Part shown: positions 1 to 7,438 of the stretch, one piece after another
Layout of the letters: the number at the start of each line of letters is the position of its first letter
Numbering within the stretch: position 1 is the stretch's first letter
DNA from: a virus
Direction: 5' to 3' (one strand)
DNA: 64,000 nt
Virus record (IMG/VR): IMGVR_UViG_3300023278_000857
Location: 1,398 to 65,397 of that record
Position numbers and translations under genes: made by a program
The notes under the pieces: model-generated
Databases searched by the model: none
Told to the model about the DNA's origin: nothing
The model's input: only the letters and a program-made list of their open reading frames with translations

Positions 1-1
1 A

Positions 2-112
2 AGACTATATCATCATGATGAAGATATGGCAGTAACTTTAGATAATGTAAGAATATACAATCGTGTTTTAACTGATGCTGAAGTCACTCAGATTTATAAT
101 TTGGAGAATTAA
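2..112 (+). CDS. 3' end of a LamG/concanavalin-A-like domain virion protein (partial)
   Basis: Frame 2 reads ...DMAVTLDNVRIYNRVLTDAEVTQIYNLEN*, matching the LamG C-terminal DxVRIYNRxL motif. Confidence 0.6.
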   Translation, partial: RLYHHDEDMAVTLDNVRIYNRVLTDAEVTQIYNLEN

Positions 113-113
113 T

Positions 114-464
114 ATGTTAATTAGAGTAGTAGACAATAAAATATATAGAATTAACAATGGTTTAACTCCAGAACAAGAACTTGAATTTGCTGAAAATAAT
201 GCTAATGCTGGCTTTATGATAATTGATAGCTTACCCACTGTTGACCCAGATCAAGGGAAACACTTTAAATTTGCGGGTGATGATATTGTTCCTGATGACG
301 ATCGTAATGCAATTGATGCTCAAAATGTAGTAAATCAATCTAATAGAAAACAGTTAGAAGATACTGATTGGAAAGTCATCCGCGAATTAGAGCGTATGTA
401 TTTGTCCGATACTGTATTAAATACAGAGCGTGAAGAATTACGAACTAGTATAGTGGACAGTTAA
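114..464 (+). CDS. Tail fibre assembly/chaperone-like protein
   Basis: GGAG upstream of ATG114 (more likely start than 75); C-terminal DTDWKVIRE...REELR resembles phage tail-fibre assembly proteins. Confidence 0.5.
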   Translation: MLIRVVDNKIYRINNGLTPEQELEFAENNANAGFMIIDSLPTVDPDQGKHFKFAGDDIVPDDDRNAIDAQNVVNQSNRKQLEDTDWKVIRELERMYLSDTVLNTEREELRTSIVDS

Positions 465-539
465 GTCAGAATAAAATTCAAACTCTAAGTTAAAAATCAC
501 ATAAATAGTTACAATGATATCCTTACATGATTTTTTGTA

Positions 540-568
540 TTGACAAAAATACATAAATATAGTAGTAT
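540..568 (+). promoter_or_regulatory. sigma70-like promoter with a late promoter (ATAAATA 553-559) nested in its spacer
   Basis: TTGACA-17bp-TAGTAT. Confidence 0.6.
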
Positions 569-589
569 AGAATGAAATAGGACCGAAAC

Positions 590-754
590 ATGCCATTACC
601 AGCAACAGGTAGTCAAATATCCATAAACCAAGTGCAAATACACTATGGGTTTACAAGTGGCAGTACTAGAACAATGAGTGCTCTTGGTACACAAGTAGGT
701 ATTACTGCTGGCAATACAGTGTTGTTGAGTTCTAGTTTCGGTGGACAACCATAA
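590..754 (+). CDS. Small 54-aa Gly/Ser/Thr-rich protein, probably virion-associated (absent from ORF track)
   Basis: MPLPATGSQISINQVQIHYGFTSGSTRTMSALGTQVGITAGNTVLLSSSFGGQP*; AGGA upstream; fills the gap before 772. Confidence 0.65.
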   Translation: MPLPATGSQISINQVQIHYGFTSGSTRTMSALGTQVGITAGNTVLLSSSFGGQP

Positions 755-771
755 ACTCATAGGAGAAATTA

Positions 772-1209
772 ATGTCTGAATTTGAATACACAACATTTGT
801 CTTGGGCAGATGTTCAAGTCCCGCATCTAAGTATGCGAAAGTTACTCAAGATATCACTGATACAAAAGCTACACCATTCTGGAGAAAGAATCGTAGTCAT
901 ATCAAGATGCTAAAAAAAGTTAAAAGTAATTTAGAAAAAGAATATAAATCAGATGAATTACAATTTAAAAATAATGTAGCACAAGTTGAATACTATGTAG
1001 AAAGACTAGCTAAACGCAGTGCCATTGAACTATTAGCAACTGGTAAAGTAAGCACAGAAACAATGGAAGATATGACGTGTTTAGGCAATGATTACTTTAT
1101 TGACTGTGTACGTAAAGCAACTATTATTTCTTCTCAACTTAACAACGAAGTACAAAATGCTGAAAAAACAGTACAGCAAGATGACGTTGTGCCACTAAAC
1201 ATGATGTAA
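772..1209 (+). CDS. Hypothetical protein
   Basis: 145-aa ORF with AGGAG RBS, operon-like spacing. Confidence 0.75.
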   Translation: MSEFEYTTFVLGRCSSPASKYAKVTQDITDTKATPFWRKNRSHIKMLKKVKSNLEKEYKSDELQFKNNVAQVEYYVERLAKRSAIELLATGKVSTETMEDMTCLGNDYFIDCVRKATIISSQLNNEVQNAEKTVQQDDVVPLNMM

Positions 1210-1210
1210 T

Positions 1211-1810
1211 ATGATTGGTATATGTGTTCCGGTTAGAGATACGTTACACACTAACTTTGCTTATTGCTTAGTACAACTAACGTCACATCTAACAAAAAAT
1301 AATATAGACTATAAATTATATTTTGAGAATGGTAGTTTAATTGCTGATCAGCGATATAGGCTTACTAGTTTAGCAGTGCAAGAAAAATGTACAGAAATAT
1401 TATGGCTTGATAGTGATATGGTATTTCCTGCAAGTATATATATGTCATTATCCAGTCATAATAAAGATGCGGTTGCGTGTACATATAGTACTAGAACAAA
1501 ACCATACCGTAATGTTGCGTTTGTATCCAATGATTTAACAGCGACTGCAAGTCATACATCAGGATTGCATAAAGTATACGCAGTAGGTATGGGTATTATG
1601 TTGACAAAAACAGAAGTTTTTGTCAACATACCACGTCCTTGGTTTAATACATATTGGGATTATCAAACTGAGTCATTTAGTGGAGAAGATATTTACTTTT
1701 GTAATCAACTACATAATTATAATTACAGTCTATATGTTGATTTTGAATTAAGTGCTAGTTGTGGGCATATTGGAAGTACAACAATTAAAATGGAAAATAT
1801 TAATGTTTAA
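1211..1810 (+). CDS. Glycosyltransferase, GT-A/GT2-like
   Basis: IGICVPVRD, LWLDSDM (DxD), GMGIML and SGEDIYFC motifs. Confidence 0.75.
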   Translation: MIGICVPVRDTLHTNFAYCLVQLTSHLTKNNIDYKLYFENGSLIADQRYRLTSLAVQEKCTEILWLDSDMVFPASIYMSLSSHNKDAVACTYSTRTKPYRNVAFVSNDLTATASHTSGLHKVYAVGMGIMLTKTEVFVNIPRPWFNTYWDYQTESFSGEDIYFCNQLHNYNYSLYVDFELSASCGHIGSTTIKMENINV

Positions 1811-2972
1811 CACCGCTTCATTGAATACGTTTAGTTTTACTAAATCTAAATGGAATCGATATCCAATTATTGAAACATTAGATATGAATGATTACTCAGT
1901 AGTTGAAAAATATAAGTCTAAATATCCGTATGTGTGGCTTAAAAACAAAGAGTATGATATTTTAGAAACATTTAATTGGAACTATACTCCAAGTGATGAC
2001 ACTGCTAACCAAATACATATTTTTCCGTTATGCAATGAACTAGGAAAGCGTCCAATTAATTGGGAAGCACTGAAACTTATTCCCACTGCAGTTAATTCAA
2101 GTACTACTGAACATAAAAGCTCAAATATTGCATCATACCAAAAAAATATAACCCCAATATATTTTTATTCCTTTAAGGACAGATCTGCGATAAAGAAATT
2201 TAAACATCGTATGGAATTTTTTAACCATACACGTTGTCATTTATTAAATGATAAAGATACATTCGACGAAGTTCTTTATTCTATTGCAGCTAATGTTAAT
2301 TTAACTCAACCAATTTGGATAATTAATCTAGACGTTAATATAGAAAAATCAGATATGTTAACATCCAAGTATGCTAATAATTTAATGTACACATTTGGCG
2401 CTGACATTTATCTTTTTGATGTAATCCACAACAGCACTAATCAATGTTACGCAGATACGTCAGTGGCATTAGTTAATCCAGGATTTTTAGCAAAGCTATC
2501 AAACAATGTTTTAAAATCTAAAACTAGTACACAATCGACGCTAGCAACAGCTAATGTTATCCCTATCCATAAACAAATCGGTTATCTAGATGAGACTACT
2601 AATCCATACCGTGCTTGGGCCAACGCATATCTCACATGTTTAATGCTTAATAATACTAAACTGCCACACTTAAAAAAACAAAAAAATAAAATTTTAAGTA
2701 CACATTTTGAATTATCAGACACTAATGTAAACAGGTACGTTAAAGCAGGGTTACAGCAAGCGTCAAAAGATCAAGAACTTGAAACATTTAATTTCAATGA
2801 GTATGAAATTTGGTCAAATATTTTTAAGAGATTTACTGAATGGAATAACACTAGTTCAACTGAATCCTCTAAATTACTGGATAGGCGTATGTCTCAAGTT
2901 AAAAAAGTTTATGGTGAGGATAGTGATGAGTATCAAAAACTATCAAGCCAATTAGGCAAGTCTTCTTTATAA
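1803..2972 (+). CDS. Hypothetical protein, possibly a degenerate glycosyltransferase-like protein
   Basis: Long ORF coupled to the GT2 gene (ATG overlaps its 3' end); weak similarity only. Confidence 0.45.
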   Translation: MFNTASLNTFSFTKSKWNRYPIIETLDMNDYSVVEKYKSKYPYVWLKNKEYDILETFNWNYTPSDDTANQIHIFPLCNELGKRPINWEALKLIPTAVNSSTTEHKSSNIASYQKNITPIYFYSFKDRSAIKKFKHRMEFFNHTRCHLLNDKDTFDEVLYSIAANVNLTQPIWIINLDVNIEKSDMLTSKYANNLMYTFGADIYLFDVIHNSTNQCYADTSVALVNPGFLAKLSNNVLKSKTSTQSTLATANVIPIHKQIGYLDETTNPYRAWANAYLTCLMLNNTKLPHLKKQKNKILSTHFELSDTNVNRYVKAGLQQASKDQELETFNFNEYEIWSNIFKRFTEWNNTSSTESSKLLDRRMSQVKKVYGEDSDEYQKLSSQLGKSSL

Positions 2973-3409
2973 CGTTGTCTTTCCCATATAGCTACAATTT
3001 TATCAACCATATCTGCTTTTTCCAGTACTACACGAGCACCACGATGTAGTGGCTTGGGCCAAGCATTTACTTCTACCCACGCATAACCTGCTGTTTCATT
3101 ATTAGTAACTGGAATAAATTCTTCAAATACAGTAACACAATATGTATGATATGTAAATTTTTTATCATTACTTACAAATGTGTGTATGGGATATACTTTT
3201 TCAATATCAGGTAAATCGCCCATTTCTTCACGACACTCACGTAGTAGTGTTTCTATAGGACGTTCTTTTTTCTCAGACTTTCCACCCCAAAAACTCCAAG
3301 TAAGTGGATGACTTACTGTTTTACTACGTTGCTGCAGCATTAGCCGTCCTGTGTTAAGAGCTAAAAAGCAACAACCACTAGCTGTTAGCATTATAAGTAT
3401 ATTCTCCAA
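2933..3409 (-). CDS. NUDIX hydrolase
   Basis: Nudix box GGKSEKKERPIETLLRECREEMG. Confidence 0.85.
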   Translation of the reverse strand: MENILIMLTASGCCFLALNTGRLMLQQRSKTVSHPLTWSFWGGKSEKKERPIETLLRECREEMGDLPDIEKVYPIHTFVSNDKKFTYHTYCVTVFEEFIPVTNNETAGYAWVEVNAWPKPLHRGARVVLEKADMVDKIVAIWERQRYKEDLPNWLDSF

Positions 3410-4758
3410 AACCCACTATTGTATGTGCCTTCGTATGCGTTGATCCATTGTGAACCATTCCATTTAAGTTTATCCATAGTAGTTGTGTTTGTTGTATGTT
3501 CGGTAGTACTAACAGTGCTGGCGTCAAATGAGACACTCCATGTAGTACCATTATAGCTGATAATGTCGTTCTTCTTAGCAGATATAGTACCCCAAGAGCC
3601 ACCACTAGGTACTTCATTAAGTATAAGGTAACGGTCGCCAGATACAGCAGCAGTTAAGGTTCCATCTCCTGGATAACTTGTTTGCGGGTCAATTACAGCA
3701 TCTACTGCCGTTTGTGAATCCGCTGTTATAGTACTATTGTCTAACGTTACTGTTAAAGTATTTGATGTACTATCTCCACTAAGTGTACCAATAATGTCAG
3801 TGGTCATATCACTAGGATCGTCTGTTTGTTTAAATCTTATTTGACTGGTGCTTTCTCTAAGTTTAGCACCATATTGTTTAAAAATAGTATCCCAATCCAA
3901 CTCATTTACTACGGCACCAGCTTCACTTAATATCTGTGCTGTTGCTACTCCACCTGTTACGTCTAGTTTCACTTTATTATCAACGGCTATTACTGTATAA
4001 CTGGTTGTAATAGCGTTAATGTCGTTGAGTACTTTTATACTATCAGCATCACCAGTAGCCACTTCATGTAAGTTAGTAATGATAGTATGAATCATACTAC
4101 TTTTGCTTACTTTAGCTGGTGGATTAATTAAGATTGGCATTTCAAATGTTAAACTACAGATGTCAATAATGTCATCAACACCACTTGGTATGCTACGGTT
4201 TGTCCACTGTGTATTAACAAGCTCAACAACACTTAAACTACTCCAGTCTAGTGGGTTGTTTGTAGTATGTATATTAAGACTTGGATTAAACAATACTAGT
4301 ATTTGCTCTAGCATTTGCATTTTTTGATCTGTATTACTTGTCCATATGTCAGTTTGCATTCTTAACGTATAAGGCACTGGCATATGACGTTCTACTGTGT
4401 ACACACTGCCTTGTTTATTTTCGTAACTGTTGGTATTAGTATTGTACTCTTTTTCAATAACAGTCATTTTTTCTTCAAACTGTGGATATACACGCTTGTT
4501 TACATCTGGCTGTAAGTCAGTGACATAACAACTAATAAAAGGAACAGTGCTTAATGTATTCTCACTATTCTCTCTTTGTATATGTGCCGCCATACGACTA
4601 ATGTCACCATAGCGAACTGGTGTTGTGTGGTATATTGGATCACCTTGTTCAGTGTATCCTTTTACATACTGAAATCCAGCAAACAATCTAATAAACTGCT
4701 GAATATAGCGTCTAAATTGTTTGTCATAAAAGTATGGTACTGCGGTTATATTTGTCAT
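3391..4758 (-). CDS. gp15: T4 gp15-like tail terminator/sheath stabiliser with C-terminal extension
   Basis: YFYDKQFRRYIQQFIRLFAGF, VPVRYG-like and PVPYTL...IWT...QILVLFNP motifs typical of gp15-like proteins. Confidence 0.6.
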   Translation of the reverse strand: MTNITAVPYFYDKQFRRYIQQFIRLFAGFQYVKGYTEQGDPIYHTTPVRYGDISRMAAHIQRENSENTLSTVPFISCYVTDLQPDVNKRVYPQFEEKMTVIEKEYNTNTNSYENKQGSVYTVERHMPVPYTLRMQTDIWTSNTDQKMQMLEQILVLFNPSLNIHTTNNPLDWSSLSVVELVNTQWTNRSIPSGVDDIIDICSLTFEMPILINPPAKVSKSSMIHTIITNLHEVATGDADSIKVLNDINAITTSYTVIAVDNKVKLDVTGGVATAQILSEAGAVVNELDWDTIFKQYGAKLRESTSQIRFKQTDDPSDMTTDIIGTLSGDSTSNTLTVTLDNSTITADSQTAVDAVIDPQTSYPGDGTLTAAVSGDRYLILNEVPSGGSWGTISAKKNDIISYNGTTWSVSFDASTVSTTEHTTNTTTMDKLKWNGSQWINAYEGTYNSGFWRIYL

Positions 4759-4766
4759 ATTACTAT

Positions 4767-6521
4767 TTACCCACGCCTACGTGTTCTAGTTCTAGGATAC
4801 ATCACACCGCTTGTAGGACGATCATTTACGTCTTTGTTGTATGTGTTAAACGCCATATTACCTGCCGTTGCTCTGTGATTCTTCCACAGTGCTATTCTAT
4901 CAATGTCTGAACCGTCTAGGCTTACTCTTGTGTCGGTGGTTCCAGTTATGTCTTCTGTTGTGTCTTCCATTAATCCTGTGACAGCATTATCATACAAATA
5001 TGCTTTTGCTTGTGCCTGTGTGAGTGTAGGATATATTTCTGCTAAACAAGCCAACATGCCTGCTATAAACGGCGAACTATAACTTGTTCCTGATCCAGAT
5101 CCTATTGTGTCCCAGTTTGTTGTATTTGCTTCCTGTCCTGGATACGGAAACCCACCAAACATTATGGCACCTGTCTCTCCTGCGCCAAAGCAACCCTCTC
5201 CTGCGGCATATATATCTACACCTGGACCCCAACAGCTGAAACCCGATTTGCCGTTATCTGCTCTAGTACCTAACGAACCTACATTGATAGCACCGTTGAG
5301 TGAATAGGTGTCGCCACGATGGTAATAATTTCTGAACGGATAATAACCTCCAACAAAGTAGTTACGCATTGGATATTCCATCTGACCAACAATGTAGTTG
5401 TCCCAGTTGTCTCCACTAGGCAGATCAATATATCTGTTGGCGTTGCCGCCCGCAGTTACCACAATGATACCTTCTGTAATAGCATCTTGAAGATCACTAT
5501 TAGGTGATGACGAATTTACTTTAAAATTTTGATCGCTAGTCCATTCTCTGTCACCTGGACCAATACCTCTTGCTGTTAGTTCTGCTTCTGATAGATCATT
5601 GCCTGAGCCGTTGTCTAAAGTTACACCCTGGAAGTGAATTAAATTAGCACCGCCACCTATCGAGTTTTCTGTCCCCAAACTCAAATTCACAATGGTAGGA
5701 TTTTTCCTGCCTGTTGTTGGATTCACTGCTTTGGTTCTGTGGAACTCTCTGATGTAGGCAAAGGTTCTATCTGTGTTGTTACCGCCTGACTTTGAGCGTT
5801 CGTAAACTTTATCATACATATAGATGTTGGCATCGTTAGCAAGTCCGTATAGTGTTCCTGCCGCATAACTTGTGACTGCTGTAGGATGATGGCCTTGAGC
5901 ACTATAGTTGTCACGAGCATCTGCGTTGCTGTATGTGTAGTTGGTTCCACCATCAATTGTGTTGTAGTGTTGACCCCAGTTGTAGTCTACTATTCTATTT
6001 GAATAATCTTCATGGTCGCATAATGTCTCTAATTCAACAATAACAATGTCTACATTTTTACCACTTGCTGAATATGTTACACTGTCATCAACATACCTGT
6101 CGGATAGACTTGTAGCAGTTGATGACCAGTTGGTTCTGTTTGTGGGTTCAATGTGTCTTACCATGCCCCAATTTTTATGGTCAACATCATACTTCATTCC
6201 TGGTGTGTTATTTGCTTTTGTGAATGCTACCTGGCCGCTTGGAACACCTTTGTCAAATCTACCGGTGAAAGTACTTGCTGGTTTATCTACAATTCTGTCC
6301 AAAACACTCTGTGGCACAACTACTTCTACTCTGTCGTCATCAGCTACTTCTTGTGCTTCTTCTAAGGTAAGCATATAGCCTGTGGTTCTTGAAGTTGGTC
6401 GTCTGTTTTCACAATCTACAGTACGATCTGGAATAGTTAAAGCACCACCTGGTGTTTCCATATCATCATAAAACGCTTGGATGTCTTCGCCACGTTTGAG
6501 TGTTACTTGGAATAACTCCAT
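4767..6521 (-). CDS. Subtilisin-like (S8) serine protease with atypical triad residues
   Basis: VDIVIVE / GHHPTAV / VTAGGN / GTSYSSP motifs; N-terminal propeptide-like region. Confidence 0.8.
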   Translation of the reverse strand: MELFQVTLKRGEDIQAFYDDMETPGGALTIPDRTVDCENRRPTSRTTGYMLTLEEAQEVADDDRVEVVVPQSVLDRIVDKPASTFTGRFDKGVPSGQVAFTKANNTPGMKYDVDHKNWGMVRHIEPTNRTNWSSTATSLSDRYVDDSVTYSASGKNVDIVIVELETLCDHEDYSNRIVDYNWGQHYNTIDGGTNYTYSNADARDNYSAQGHHPTAVTSYAAGTLYGLANDANIYMYDKVYERSKSGGNNTDRTFAYIREFHRTKAVNPTTGRKNPTIVNLSLGTENSIGGGANLIHFQGVTLDNGSGNDLSEAELTARGIGPGDREWTSDQNFKVNSSSPNSDLQDAITEGIIVVTAGGNANRYIDLPSGDNWDNYIVGQMEYPMRNYFVGGYYPFRNYYHRGDTYSLNGAINVGSLGTRADNGKSGFSCWGPGVDIYAAGEGCFGAGETGAIMFGGFPYPGQEANTTNWDTIGSGSGTSYSSPFIAGMLACLAEIYPTLTQAQAKAYLYDNAVTGLMEDTTEDITGTTDTRVSLDGSDIDRIALWKNHRATAGNMAFNTYNKDVNDRPTSGVMYPRTRTRRRG

Positions 6522-6522
6522 G

Positions 6523-7077
6523 TTATGCCTCCAGTTGTAGTATGTTTAGATCTATTTGTACCGTACCTGTGCTACCGCTTTTGTTTGTAACTCTACATGG
6601 TATGTTTGTTGTTGGTGTGCCTTCTAAGTTGAATCCATAAGCACCTGGGCTTATAATAACTGTTTCAGCACCAGTTGTAATAACTTCTGCTATCAATCCT
6701 GCGTCTGCTGCTGGATCTGTACCTTCTGCTCTTGCGGCATCTGCTGTTCTTGTTGCGGCATTTACATATAATCTTACACGAGCCGCCTTATCTGTTGTAA
6801 TAGTTAGCAGTGTGTATGATTTGAATCCTGTGATATCTAAGTCTGCTTCAGCTGCATCTGCCAAACTGCCAGTTGTGCTTGTGACACTACCTCTGCTTTG
6901 TAGTCCTGAGCCGCCGCCGCCGCCACCGAGACCTACTAAATCAACTCCGCCTGCTGTTGCTCCGTCACTGATCTTTATTTTATTTGTGTCAGTGTCTACC
7001 CACAGCTCACCGTCTTTGCCAATGTACTGTGTGCTATCAGAGTTAATATTTTTTGAAATTAATTTTCTTGTTGCCAC
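6523..7077 (-). CDS. Virion/tail-fibre-associated protein with Mtd N-terminal-like repeat
   Basis: Probable GTG start at 7077 behind AGGAG; YIGKDGELWVDTDTNKIKISDG motif, poly-Gly linker. Confidence 0.6.
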   Translation of the reverse strand: MATRKLISKNINSDSTQYIGKDGELWVDTDTNKIKISDGATAGGVDLVGLGGGGGGSGLQSRGSVTSTTGSLADAAEADLDITGFKSYTLLTITTDKAARVRLYVNAATRTADAARAEGTDPAADAGLIAEVITTGAETVIISPGAYGFNLEGTPTTNIPCRVTNKSGSTGTVQIDLNILQLEA

Positions 7078-7084
7078 TTTGATA

Positions 7085-7119
7085 ATACTCCTGTTACTAC
7101 TATTTAGCAACAGGAGTAT
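7085..7119 (-). promoter_or_regulatory. RBS-sequestering hairpin with late promoter (CTAAATA) in its loop
   Basis: Perfect 11-bp inverted repeat ATACTCCTGTT/AACAGGAGTAT; on the minus strand the 3' arm holds AGGAG for the GTG at 7077. Confidence 0.65.
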
Positions 7120-7192
7120 ATTGTGTTAATATCCGTTTGGTTTTATTTATAGTTTTACTTCTTTTGGTTCCATCATATTATAATACCTCCCA

Positions 7193-7429
7193 TTACTCAA
7201 TTACCCCAATAATAGCGGAAAGCCCTACTGTTCCAGATACATTAGCCACATTGTCGTTCCCACCTGAAAACCCACCAGAGGCTGTAGTGACCATTGTGCA
7301 GTAGGGTGACCAAAGTAATCTATAATATAGATTACTTTCGTCTGCACCTATCAGCGCCTTATCTGGGTAGCCTTTCATTACAGGAATGCCGCCATTCAGT
7401 GCTTCGGAGTTTGCTGTAATCTCAAACAT
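7193..7429 (-). CDS. Small hypothetical protein co-acquired with the SGNH tail-fibre module
   Basis: AGGAG RBS, GC-richer composition like the adjacent module. Confidence 0.5.
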   Translation of the reverse strand: MFEITANSEALNGGIPVMKGYPDKALIGADESNLYYRLLWSPYCTMVTTASGGFSGGNDNVANVSGTVGLSAIIGVIE

Positions 7430-7438
7430 TAAAATCTC

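Noticed and set aside
492-536. AAAAATCA...TGATTTTT inverted repeat with a 9-codon ORF
   Set aside because: AT-rich, low-complexity pairing that could easily be chance
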